DNA of 63,874 bases, the filler included, from Malassezia furfur (Eukaryota): assembly GCA_052055015.1 (NCBI GenBank). It is 5 parts of 5 records of this genome, joined end to end, with 100 filler letters (N's around TTAATTAATTAA, not from the genome) between each part and the next. Parts side by side here need not be neighbours in the genome. Positions count along the whole stretch, not along the records: positions 13,881 to 27,648 come from JBQJIT010000302.1; positions 27,749 to 41,508 come from JBQJIT010000303.1; 3 more parts are not named here. One strand, given 5' to 3'. How positions within the stretch are numbered: the stretch's first letter is position 1; each line of letters begins with the position of its first letter. The position numbers and the translations under genes were made by a program. This document shows positions 22,922-34,552 of the stretch, piece after piece. Below the pieces are notes generated by a model. The model did not search any database. It had not been told where the DNA came from and saw only the letters and a list, made by a program, of their open reading frames with translations.

Positions 22922-22977
22922 GCACGCGCTGTGCTGCGCTGGCAGCAGCCGCGTTCGTATCCCTGTATATGTATCTA

Positions 22978-24005
22978 CTAATAGCCCGCCGCGCCCGGCG
23001 CCGTGTCGCCCTCGCGCCGCAGCGAGAGGTAGAGCTCCTTCATGCGATTCAGGTTGCTCGAGCCCGGCTGGATCTTGGCGATGGTCTTCGACTGGCTGTT
23101 CTGCAGGTCCAGCAGCTTGGTGATCCGCGACCACGTCGTGCCTTCGGCCAGCTCCTGCTGCTTTTGCTCGCGGAAACGCGCCTCGGCCTCCCTGCGTGTG
23201 AGTGGATAGGTACGTACTTGTTCTTCCGGATGTTCTTCTCCTTCTCGGCATTGTAGTCCGCGTAGAACTGGTCGATCTCCTGCTCGGCCTTGGACGCCGC
23301 CTCGGCGCGCATGCGCTCCGCCTGGGCGTCGCGACGCGCAATCTCCTCGTCCTGCTTCGCGCGCCAGGCACGAAGCGCCTCGGTGTCCTCGTCGAGCGCG
23401 TCGTACGTGAAGGGCGTCTTTTTATCGCTCATGCCCATCGCATCGCTCTCCGGCTCGGGCGCACGCTCTGCCACGCTCGGTACCGGCACCACACCCGACT
23501 CGAGCTCGGCGGGCTCGGGGAACGACGCCTCGAAGCGCGCCTCGAGCCCAGACTCGCCGAGTGCCTCAGGCTCGCGCGCCACCTCGGTCTCGCTGAACTC
23601 GGCGAGCGAGTCGGTGCGGGACACACCGGTGCGCGAGTCGCTCTCGCCAAACTCGGCGAGCGAATCGACGCGCGTCACCGGCGGGCGCGTGTCCGGCTCG
23701 CCAAACTCGGCCAACGAGTCGGCACGGGTGAGTGCGGCGCCCGACGGCAGGCCGGTGGCCGGCAGAACGGGGTGTTCGGGCGCACCACTCAGCGCGTCCT
23801 CGAACTGGTTGTCGTCGTCGAGCGCGGGGAAGTCGTGCGCGGCCTGCTCAAAGTCGTGCTCCGGCGTTTCCTGTGCGGCACTACCGCCGAACAACGAGGC
23901 ATCGTTGCCCAGAAGCGACCCAGCGGCCTGCCGCTCGCGCTGCAAAAAGTCCGACGTGGGGTCCGCGGCGTCCGTCTCGCCCAGCTGCCCAAAGTCAAAC
24001 GCCAT
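22978..24005 (-). CDS. CLC1: Clathrin light chain
   Basis: [63 protein letters not shown] after a 26-nt intron 23192-23217. Confidence 0.9.
23591..23726 (-). repeat. 54-bp coding repeat x3 inside CLC1 (RxDSLAEFxE)
   Basis: Units at 23591, 23645 and 23699, period 54. Confidence 0.8.
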
Positions 24006-24093
24006 GATGGTCGTGAGCGAAGCCGCCCGCGCCGCCACGTGGCCCACCCGGCCGAGGGCGCGGCGGGGGACGACGCCGCCTTTTTGTTCTTCC

Positions 24094-24590
24094 ATGTCGC
24101 AGCGGGTGGGGAATGTAAGTTGGCACGGCACTCACGCAGACATCGCTCGCGTTCTCGCGCGTGTGGCACCACGTTGATGCTCGCGAGCGCGTGCTGGGGC
24201 GCCTCGCGCGCTCCATCGCGGTCACGCTCATGGGCAAGCACAAGCCCATCTACGACCCGGCCGTGGACGCAGGCGACTACGTCGTCGTCACCAACGCGTC
24301 GCACATTGCCGTCACGGGTCGCAAGGACGAGCAGAAGCTGTACCGCCACCACACCATGTTCCCCGGCGGTCTGAAGGAAATTCCGTACAAGACTATGCTC
24401 CAAAAGAAGCCCGAGGAAATCATCCGCCGCGCCGTGTCGGGCATGCTGCCCAAGAACAAGCTGCGCGAGCGCCGGCTGGAGCGTCTCAAGATCTTCTCGG
24501 ACAGTACGCACCCCTACGAAGAAAAGTAGGTGCAGCGCCCACTGACCCAGCTTCGTGAAGCGGTACGACCTGCCCAACCGCCAGCCGTAG
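24094..24590 (+). CDS. MRPL23: Mitochondrial ribosomal protein uL13m
   Basis: WHHVDA..LGRLA..LMGKHKPIYDP..GDYVVVTN..AVSGMLPKN; 25-nt introns 24115-24139 and 24526-24550. Confidence 0.92.
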
Positions 24591-24643
24591 ACATGCCACT
24601 CCGGCATCATACCCAGGCCCTTGCAATGCCATTTTTTGTCGTC

Positions 24644-25381
24644 CTATTCGTCGTCAAACCATGCATCCTCACGCATCCGCTCGTTGTCCTGATCGAGCGC
24701 GTACGCGTCAAAGCGCTCGTCGTAGTCACATGCGTACGACACCGGCAGCACACCGCGCACGAACCGCGCGATCGTCGCCTGCTGAAACTCGGCAAGGAGC
24801 GTCTCGTCGTGTTCCTCGTCCGGCGAGCCGGCGTCGATTGCGTCCAGGTACTTGCGGTGCAGCCCATTCAGTTGCGCATTTGCATTGGCGGCCGGCAAAT
24901 CCGAGGCGTGATACGTGTCCGCTGCGTCCGCTGTGGGTGCGGTGTGCGGCGCAGCCTCAGCAAGCGGTGTATTGGGTACCTGCGGTACCGCATCGTGGTC
25001 TTGCTCGGGCGCGCGCTGGTGTTCGCGTTCGCGCTCTGCATCATGCCGTAGCTCCGACTCCATGTCGAGGTCGAGCTCTTCGACCTCTTCCTCCTGCCCC
25101 GTTCCCACGGTCCGCCGCCACCGCACGGGTTCGAGCTCGCGCTGCATCGCGATCGAGAGCTCTTCGGGCTGCGTAGCCGCAAACCGGCGCCGGCGCTCGC
25201 GCACGATGGGGTGGGCGCCGCGCTGGGTGGGGCTCAGCAGCTCGCCGACGACGCGGCCAAGCGGTGCTGGCAGCTCAGCAAAATACGCCGTAAACACATG
25301 CTCCGCATTGTGGTCTGCATCGTCCGGATGCACGGCCGCGAGCCACGCCTCGACCTCGTGCCAGCCCCGGACTGGGGCCAT
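24644..25381 (-). CDS. CCDC97/DUF2052-like coiled-coil protein
   Basis: Acidic C-terminus RFVRG..Y..CDYDERFD..EDAWFDDE, typical of DUF2052. Confidence 0.55.
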   Translation of the reverse strand: MAPVRGWHEVEAWLAAVHPDDADHNAEHVFTAYFAELPAPLGRVVGELLSPTQRGAHPIVRERRRRFAATQPEELSIAMQRELEPVRWRRTVGTGQEEEVEELDLDMESELRHDAEREREHQRAPEQDHDAVPQVPNTPLAEAAPHTAPTADAADTYHASDLPAANANAQLNGLHRKYLDAIDAGSPDEEHDETLLAEFQQATIARFVRGVLPVSYACDYDERFDAYALDQDNERMREDAWFDDE

Positions 25382-25449
25382 GGTGGAGCACGTGCCTACT
25401 AGGCCGCCACATTTGAGTGCCACGCGCGGTGTTGGATTCGCGTCGCGCC

Positions 25450-27648
25450 ATGACCGAGGCGCGTGACCGACGGCGCGCCAAGCGGCGGCGCGCGGACACG
25501 CACGTCGACGATGCCGACGGCGAGGCGTACGCTTCGCCGCCGCCGCGTGAGCGCAGCGAGGAGCGTGCGGAAGGCGAGGCGGACGAAGAACCAGGCGCGG
25601 GGATGGATGTCGACGGCGTGGACGAGGGCGTCGGCGCGCCGTCCGCGGCGCCCACGCCGCCCGGCATGCGCACACGGAATGCGAACGGGTAGGTCGCGCG
25701 CGGCTCACACAGCTTTGTGCCTGGCGCGATTGTGCGTGTAGCGTGTGAAAACTTTGTGACGTACGACGCCGTGGAATTCTTCCCCGGCCCCTACTTGAAC
25801 ATGATCATCGGCCCCAACGGCACGGGCAAGAGCACGGTGGTGTGTGCGATTGCGCTCGGCCTCGGCTGGAAGCCGAGCGTGCTGGGCCGTGCCAAAGACG
25901 TGGCGAGCTACGTCAAGCTCGGGCACGAGCAAGGGTGGGTCGAGATCGAGCTGCAGGGCTTCCCCGGCACGCCGAACGTGACGGTGCGGCGCATCCTGTT
26001 TCGTGAATCCAACTCGAGCGACTGGCTGCTGAATGGACAAAACGCGAGCTCGCGCGAGGTCAATGCGGCCGTGTCGCCGTTCCACATCGAGGTCGGCAAC
26101 CTGTGTGCCTTTTTGCCGCAGGACCGCGTGGCCGACTTTGCGTGCATGAACGCGGCGCGCCTGCTGCAAGAGACGCAGCACGCCGCGGGCCATGCGCAGC
26201 TCAGCGAGTGGCATGCGGAGCTCATCACGCAGGGCCACGCGCTCGCCAAGGTGCGCACGCGTCTGGAGCGCGACGTCGAGGAGCACGACCACCTCGAGGC
26301 GCGCAACCAGGTGCTGGAGCGCGACGTGCGGCGCTATGAGGAGCGCGTGGAGCTCGAGAAGCGTGTGGCGCTTTTGCACGCGCGCATCCCCTATGCGCAG
26401 TACCGCGAGGCGAAGCAGCGCTACGACGCGGCGCGTGCGCAGCGCTCCGTCGCGAAGGAGGCGGTGCGGGACGCGGAGCGCGCACTGGCGCCGCTGCAGG
26501 AGGAGCGCGAGCGTGTCGAGCAGCGCATCGAAAAGCTGGACGTGCGCCTGGCGGAGCGGCGGCACGATGCCGACGCGGCACAGGGCGCGGTGAAGCGCAT
26601 CGCACAGGACCGTGAGCAGACCGAGCTGGAGATGGCGACGCTGCACGAGCAGGAGAAGCAGCTCGAGACCGCCGAGGCGCGGCGGCAGCAGCTCCTTGCC
26701 GAGCTGCGCGAGCGGATCGCCGAGCTGGCGCGCCGGGCCGAGCAGGCGCCGCCGCCCGCGTCCGCGGAGCTGGACCACGAGCTGCGGTCGGTCAAGGCCG
26801 AGATGCGCGGCGTGGGCGAGGAGATGCGCGATGGCGAGGCGCAGCTGGCCGAGGTCGCAAGCGAGGCGCGGCAGCAGGCGGCGCGGCGGCAGCATGCTGA
26901 GCAGCAGCTGGCGCAGCTCAACAACCTGCGGCACCAGCGCCTGCAGATCCTCGCGCACGCCGACCGCGACACGTACAACGCCGTGCAATGGCTCGCGAGC
27001 CACCGCGCCATCTTCCAGCACGAGGTGTACGACCCCGTGCTGGTGCTGCTGGATGTGAAGCAGCCGGCGGCTGCGCGCGCGATCGAGTCGTGCCTGAACT
27101 GGAACGTGCAGCGGACGTTTGTGTGCCAGAGCCGCGCAGACTACGACCTGCTCACGCACGAGCTGATCGACAAGCGCGGATGGCGCCTCAACGTCGTCGA
27201 GCTAGAGGGCGGCCGGCCGCTCGACGCCTATACCCCCCCGCTGCCGCCCGACGAGCTGCACAAGCTCGGGTTTGACGACTACGCGATCGACCTCGTGGAT
27301 GCGCCGCGCGACGTGCTGCGCTTCCTGTGCCAGACGGCGCACTTCCACCTGATCCCCATCGCCTCGCGCCGCCGCGCGGACCCCGAGCAGGTGGAGCGCA
27401 GCGGGCTGTTCCAGCGGTACATCATTGGGTCCACGCTGTTCACCACGCTCGTGTCCAAGTACGGCAAGCGCCTGCCCGTCACGCAGTCGCGCGACCTGAA
27501 GCCACTGCGCAACTTTGCGCACTCGGCGCAGAGCGAGGCGCGCGCCACCGCCGAGCACGAGCTGGCCGCGCTGGCCGAGGCCGCAGCACAGCTCGAGGAG
27601 CGCCGTGCGGCGCTGCAGCGCGCCGCCGACACGCACGCCGCGCGCTAC
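25450..27648 (+). CDS. SMC5: SMC5, 5' part (truncated at gap)
   Basis: GAIVRV..ENFVTY..PGPYLNMIIGPNGTGKST, NLCAFLPQDRV; 24-nt stop-containing intron 25689-25712. Confidence 0.93.
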
Positions 27649-27748
27649 NNNNNNNNNNNNNNNNNNNNNNNNNNNNNNNNNNNNNNNNNNNNTTAATTAA
27701 TTAANNNNNNNNNNNNNNNNNNNNNNNNNNNNNNNNNNNNNNNNNNNN
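27649..27748. other. Assembly gap/linker
   Basis: N44-TTAATTAATTAA-N44. Confidence 0.97.
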
Positions 27749-28945
27749 CGCCGTGTCGGGACGCTGGGGCACCGTCGCGACCTGGTGCGCGAGGCGCTCG
27801 GCGACGCGCCGGCGCTCAAAGAACCCGGCCGGTGCATCGTCCAGGCACACCTCGCGGCGCTCGAGTGCAAACAGCGTGAAGCACGCGACCCGCACGTCGG
27901 GCACCACCGACGTCATGGGGTTCTCGGCGATCCACACGTGCGAGATGTGCGGCAGCGTCGCGAGGCGGCCGACCTCGCCGGGCTCGACGACCGCATTGTG
28001 CCGCAGATCGACCTGCTCGAGCGTCGTGAGCCGCTCCAAGCCGCACAGACTCTCGAGCCGGTTCGACGCGAGGTTCAGCGAGCGCACCGCAGGCAGGCAG
28101 TCGTAGATGCCCAGCACACTATCGATCAGATTGTCCGATAGGTTGAGCGCACGCAGGTGCGGCAGCTCGGCGAGCGCGGGCGGCACGGAGTTCAGCAGGT
28201 TGTGCGACAAGTCGAGGTGCACCAGCGACGAAAACCGCGTGAGCGCCGACGCAGGCACAAACGTCAGCTCGTTGTGTGCCAACTGCAGCACACGTAGCGC
28301 ATGCCACGCGGCCGACGGCACGGCGCCGTGCGCGTCGCGCTCCACGAGGCCCAAAAATACCTCGGTGAGGTCCGCGACGTGCATGTGCGTGCACCGCAGC
28401 GTCTCCAGCTGCACACTCAGCCGGTCCCACCCCAACACGCGGCGCGGCTCCACATCCTGGAGGGAGAGGTCGCGTAGGCCCGTCAGCGCGCGCACGGGCA
28501 CGCCGTTCTCGCCCGGCATGTCTTCGTAGCCTTCGAGGTACTTTCTGGGCATCGCATACACATCCATGGCGGGTAGCCGGCTGCAGACACGGAACAGGTA
28601 GCGGTAGGCGTCGTCGGGGTCGCGCTGCTTCGCTGGCGCGCCACTCCACAGCGTCTGGACGGTATTCAGCGAGTCCTGCACGGAGAACAGGCTCTGCAGG
28701 TCGCTTGCAAGCGTGCGCGCATACGCGGGCGCCTGGGTGCCCGTCGGCACGAGCGGTGGGCCGACCACCTGGTCGAGGTCGCCGGCGTTGAGGCCGAGCG
28801 CCTCGCAGCGCAGCAGGAAATAGTAGAGGTGGTGCAGATCCGTGGCGAAGCGCGTGCCGCGCGGTGTCGCACGGTACAGCTGTGCCTCGTGCGCGCGCAC
28901 CCATCGCGCGAGGTCCGCGTAGTACGCGTCCACGGCGCCAGCCAT
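27749..28945 (-). CDS. Leucine-rich repeat protein (nischarin/STK11IP-like), 3' truncated at gap
   Basis: Repeated LxxLxLxxNxL (LDLSHNLL, LNLSDNLI, LNLASNRL, VDLRHNAV). Confidence 0.8.
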
Positions 28946-29056
28946 TGTTGCGCGCGCAGCCAACCCACGCGCCTCCACCCACGGAGCGAGGCCCGTGAGT
29001 CAGGGGGGGGTATTTGTGCAACAAAAATTGCCGGCCGACCGACTTCTCTGCATTGC

Positions 29057-30919
29057 ATGCTCCTCGGTGTCGGACGGCTTTCTCGACGAGTGCTGCTACC
29101 CACGACCCGACGAGCTCCTGTGTTGCCCGCGCGTTATTTCCAGAGACTTACGATGACTGAAGCACCCGCTGCCGCTGGGGATGCCCCCAACCTGCTGCCG
29201 GACCCCGTGACGGGGGAGATGGTCAGCAAGAGGTACGTCGCGAAGAAAGGGCCCTGACGCAGCGAACTCAAGCGCCGCCAGAAGCAGCGCCAGAAGGAAG
29301 CTGAAAAGGCCGAGAAGGCCAAGAACGCGCCGCAGGCGACCAAGAAGGCGGGTAACGACCTCGCCGCCGAGGACGCGCTCACGCCGAACCAGTACTACGA
29401 GATGCGCTCGCGCGCGATCCAGAAGCTGCGCGAGACGCGCAACCCGGACCCGTACCCGCACAAGTTTAATGTGACGATGAGTCTGACCGACTTCATCGCC
29501 AAGTACGCCGACAAGCTCGAGCCGGGCGCGCAGCTGCCCGACGAGGTGAGCCTCGCCGGCCGCCTGCACAACATGCGTGCCTCGGGCCAGAAGCTGCGCT
29601 TCTACGACCTGCACGGCGAGGGCGTCAAGGTGCAGATCATGGCGCAGCTGCAGGACCACACGGACGGTGACTTCCTTGCCGCGCACGACCTGCTGCGCCG
29701 CGGCGACGTCGTCGGCGTTACCGGTTTCCCGGCCAAGACCAAGAAGGGCGAGCTGTCGATCGTGCCGCGCTCGATCAAGCTGCTCTCGCCGAACCTCAAG
29801 ATGCTTCCCAAGGCCGCGGTGAACGAGCGCGGCGGGTTCACGGACCAGGAGCAGCGCTACCGCAAGCGATACCTCGACCTGATCATGAACCCCCACGTGC
29901 GCGACATCTTTGTGAAGCGCGCCAAGACGATCCAGTACGTGCGCCGCTTCCTGGACCAGCTCGGGTTCCTCGAGGTGGAGACGCCTATGATGAACCAGAT
30001 CGCGGGCGGTGCGAGCGCCAAGCCGTTCGTCACGCACCACAACGACCTGAAGCTCGACCTGTTCATGCGCATTGCGCCTGAGCTCTACCTCAAGGAGCTC
30101 GTCGTGGGCGGTCTCGACCGTGTCTACGAGATCGGCCGCGTGTTCCGCAACGAGTCGATCGACCAGACGCACAACCCAGAGTTCACTACGTGTGAATTCT
30201 ATATGGCGTACGCCGACATGTACGACCTGATGGACATCACCGAGAGCATGATCTCGGGTCTCGTCAAGGCGGTCACGGGCTCCTACAAGATCAAGTACCA
30301 CCCCGACGACAAGGAAGACCCGAACGGCCGCGAGTACGAGATCGACTTCACCACGCCGTGGAAGCGCTTCGACATGATCAAGGAGCTCGAGAAGCAGCTC
30401 AACGTCACCTTCCCTCCGGGCGACCAGCTGCACACCGAGGAGTCGCGCCAGTGGCTCTCGGACCTCTGTGAGAAGCACAACGTCGAGTGCAGTGCGCCGC
30501 GCACCGCGAACCGCCTGATCGACAAGCTCGTCGGCGAGTTCATCGAGTCGCAGTGCATCAACCCGTCGTTCATCGTTGGCCACCCGCAGATCATGTCGCC
30601 GCTCGCCAAGCGCCACCGCGAGATCCCGGGCCTGTGTGAGCGCTTCGAGGCATTCGTCGCGACCAAGGAGATTGCCAACGCCTACACCGAGTTGAACGAC
30701 CCGTGGATCCAGCGCGAAAACTTCGAGGAACAGAGCCGCCAGAAGGACGCGGGCGACGACGAGGCCCAGGGCGTGGACCACGTCTTCCTCGATGCGCTCG
30801 AGCACGGCCTGCCGCCCACGGGTGGCTGGGGTCTCGGCATCGACCGCCTCGTCATGTTCCTCACCGACTCTCACACGATCAAGGAGGTGCTGGCGTTCCC
30901 GGCGAACCGCCCCGAGTAG
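29057..30919 (+). CDS. KRS1: Lysyl-tRNA synthetase (class II); in-frame second ATG at 29153
   Basis: [50 protein letters not shown]; 30-nt intron 29233-29262. Confidence 0.96.
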
Positions 30920-30934
30920 ATGTGCTACATATAG

Positions 30935-32575
30935 CTAGGCAAGCTCCGCTGCCGCCCATGCCATGTACGTCTGCACCTGCGTCAAGTTCGCCAGCAGCGC
31001 CGACTGCGCCGCCGCCGCCTCGTCCGACAGGTCGGCGCGCTCCATGCGGTGATGCAGGTAGGTGCGCAGCGCACGGATCGCCGCAGCATCGGCCGTGCCG
31101 TAGATACCGTGCGGCGCCGGCTCCGAGGCAGCCTGGGGCGGCTCGGCTGCTGCGTCGCCGCCAGGCGCAACGGCCTCTGCACTGGCCTCGCCCTCGCCCT
31201 CGGCCTGCGGCGCCGGTGCTTCGCTGTTGGCTTCCCCGCTTGCATCGCCACGCTTCTCACCTTCACCTTCGCCCTCGCCCTCGCGCAGCTCGCCGCCAGG
31301 CGACCGGCCATACACGACTAGCACCTGCGACCAGTGCCCCGAGAAGTGAGGCGTCGCACCTGCCATGCTCACGTCCCATTCGCGGTGCGGCGGTACGATC
31401 GGGCACAGGTGCCAGTACTCGTTGCCATCCAAGTCACGGCCCAGTGCACCGCCCCGGGGCGTATGCCGCCGGAGCGCAAGGTACTGCTCGACCTGTGCGC
31501 CATGCACGGCGTGCTCATTGGCGACTTGGAGCGCCTTGCGCTGCGTGAGCCAAGCGACCTACCTCTTCCTGCCACGCGTCGTAGCGCGACGACACCATCG
31601 ACGGTGCGCGCTTCTGGAGCGCCTTCATTGCCGCCTCGCATTCGGACTGCACCTGTGCGACGTGCTCGCGCGTCTCCTTTTCGACGTTCGGCAGACCGTC
31701 CAGGAGCGGCTGCACAAGCCGGTGCAGGCCACTGGACGCAGGGGTGCCGCGCGGCGTCGACAGCAAATCGCACAGGCGCGCAAGGCATGCAATTTTCGCC
31801 TCAAGGTGCATCGGCTCGCCCGCCTCTTCCTCTTCCTCGGCCTCTTCTTCGTGCGTGACGCTGGGGCCCAGCACGCGCTCGGCACGCTGCCGAAGATCCT
31901 CGCTGCGTTTCTTCGCAGCGAGCTGCTCGGCGCGCCGCGAGCGCCGCGTGCCTTCCGACGGGGTATCCACATCCATCTCTTCGTCCTCCAGCGATGCTAC
32001 TGCATCAACGAGGCGCGTCATGCTTCGAGTGCGCCGCGTCGGCAGCGACTCTGGCTCGGGCGCACGTTTACTCGGCCGGCGCCAGAGCGGCAGGTCGACG
32101 TCCACCTCCTCGAGCACGCACGCAGGCACCATCGCATGCTCCAGCAGCGCGTGCGCCGCATTCCACGGCGCAGGCGCGTCGGCATCGTGCGCGTGCCGGC
32201 GCAGCGCACGGATGAGCCGGCCGAAACCGGCGGCTGGCTGCCCGCTGCCGAGCTCCGTGAGGCCTGCGAGGTGCACGGCGATGCGCTGCAGCAGCTGCTG
32301 CAAAAAGAAGCCATCCCAGCAGTGTATGGCATCGATGCGCTGCGCGGGCCAGCCGAGCGCGTCGACGTTTTCAAAGCGCACCAGCCATTCGTACAAATAG
32401 ACGCGTGCAAAGACGTTGGGCGCCGGCAACGCGTCCGCATAGATGCGCGCTAGCTTGGGAGCCTCAGGCGGTGGCCGGCGCGTGCGCACCTTGATTCGCC
32501 GGCGTGGGCGCTCGCTTGCGGCCGCAAACGACACTGCGTGTGAGCTTCTTCCGACATACACTGCGCCTGCCGCAT
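30935..32575 (-). CDS. Putative DDT/WHIM-WSD-type chromatin protein, 3 exons
   Basis: Introns 32534-32559 (26 nt) and 31541-31562 (22 nt) join three ORF pieces; LGRDLDGNEYW resembles the WSD motif and YEWLVRF the DDT core. Confidence 0.55.
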
Positions 32576-32767
32576 CGTGTGTGGAGGACCGTCATGGGCC
32601 GGCAGCGGCGCAAGACGCGTCGCGCGTCGGACGGCAACAGCGTGCCGCGCGAGGCGTCATCGTATGCGTATCCCCTCGCACGGCGCCCGCTCAACTTTGC
32701 AATCCACGCCTCGGGCATTGCACACCCCGACGCGCCGCATCTCCACTACGATGCGAGTGAGAAGCCC

Positions 32768-34457
32768 ATGCTCGGCGAATGCGTTGCGATCGACGCGTGG
32801 ATGGAGACGGTCGCACAGGGCCGCGGCGCGACCGTCTGTGTTGCAGGATGCGTCGGGCGGCTCAGTACACCGGCCGGTGTGCCTCCTACGTTTGGCGTAC
32901 GTGCTCCTTCTAACGCAGTGTGTGCTGGAAGCGCCGCGTGCCGACGACGTCGCGCACGTCCCCCTCGTCTTTGTCGGCCGGAATGCGGGCGCATTGCACG
33001 CGTTGCTCGTGTGCCATCGCGAAGAAGAGGTACCCGTGTTCCTTTCGGGCTTCGGCGCCGAGGCCCAGCGGTTCGGCACCACCGATGCACCGCGCGCGCG
33101 CGTCGTCTATGCCCAGGGCCGCATCGCGCTCAAGGCGTACATCGCGAGCGATGCAGACGCTGAGTCTGAGGTGCCGTTGCGCGATGCAGCGAGCTACACA
33201 GTGTGGTTCGAATGCAACAAGGATGCGCCTGTCACCCAGGTTATGCTGCCGACGCCGACCGACATAGGTTCACCCGGCTCTGACGCATGGCTGCGCACGC
33301 CCGACGTGCGGTCAGTGACGCCGGCACAGGCGCCCGCACTTGCTTTCACGCCACAGGTGCCCAGTGCGGCACCTGCCTCGATACCATCGGCGCCCGCCAG
33401 CCTGCCGCCGCCGGCGCCTGCGGCAGAGCGGACCTTGAATGGGCACTTGTATACCCCCATTGCTGCGCTACGCAAGGACATGATCGCCAATGTAATGGGC
33501 GTTGCTGTGAGTGATGCGAGCGTGCGCCTGCCCATGCAGCGACTCCGCGACGTGATGGTTAAAGTTGCGATCACCGACGGCAGCGGAGGTGACGATGCGA
33601 GTTCCACTCTTTCTTCCAACCTCTTTGCGCAGGACGAGCAGGCGTTGCCCGGCGCCGTAAGCGAGAAGGATGCCGTGCTGCTCCGAGGCGTGCAGGTCGG
33701 CCTCTTCAACGGGCGTACGCAGGGTGTGGGCAGTCGCAAAGTGCCGTTCCAATGGGCTGCGTGGAACGCTACGACACACACCTGGCGGTATGCCGCGAAC
33801 GCGAGCGCGAGCGACTTTGGCGATGCGGAGCGTACAGCCGCTCTGCAGCTTCTGGCCCACCTGGACAAGGCGCCGGTGCCGCAGCAGACGAGTACGCGCG
33901 CGCTGCAGACACTCGACAAGCTGCAGCCGCACACCTTTGTCGACACGGTCGTGGAGATCGTCAAGGTGTTCTCCCAGTCGAATCCGCCCGACCTGTACGT
34001 CACGGATTATACCCTACACAAGCACATTTACGACGGAAACAACAAGCACCTCTCGGTGCAGCCGCCGGGGGACAAGGGCGGCAGTGTGCTGCAAGTCGGT
34101 CTATGGGGCTCCCATGCGCCACTTGCCGTGCAGCTGCGCGCCGGCCAACTCGTGCGGCTAGACAACCTCCGTATCCGCGAGAACCAGCGCACGGGGCTGC
34201 TCACGGGCGCGTTGGGTTCCGACAAGCGCATCCAAATTGCACCCGTTGACGACGACCATGCCGCGGTGCGGGCGCTACGTGCACGCAAGGCGTCGTGGGA
34301 GCAGTCATCTAAGAAGCGATCCACACCCCCCGCAACTCCGACACCGGTACGGCGTCGCCCGGCACCCGAGCCGCTGCACCCCCCGCGCTTCGAGATGGAC
34401 GACGACGCCTTCCCCGCACTCGCCGACCTGTGGTCGCCGGATGGGCCACGTGGCTAG
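32768..34457 (+). CDS. POT1: Telomere ssDNA-binding protein Pot1-like (OB folds)
   Basis: YTPIAAL..NVMGV..VAITD..NLF..DAVLLRGV and FVDTVVEIVK..DLYVTDYT; 22-nt intron 32897-32918. Confidence 0.75.
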
Positions 34458-34552
34458 GGCGAACGCATGGACCACTTGACCCACGCGACTGCCCGTCCCA
34501 GTAGGCCGGTCTCAGTCGGACGTTACATGTTATTCGCGGGGATAACTCGTTC

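Noticed and set aside
32464..32718. 84-aa ORF (MPEAWIAK...) as first exon of the DDT/WSD-like gene
   Set aside because: It is in the wrong phase for the 26-nt intron; ATG 32575 gives the in-frame join.
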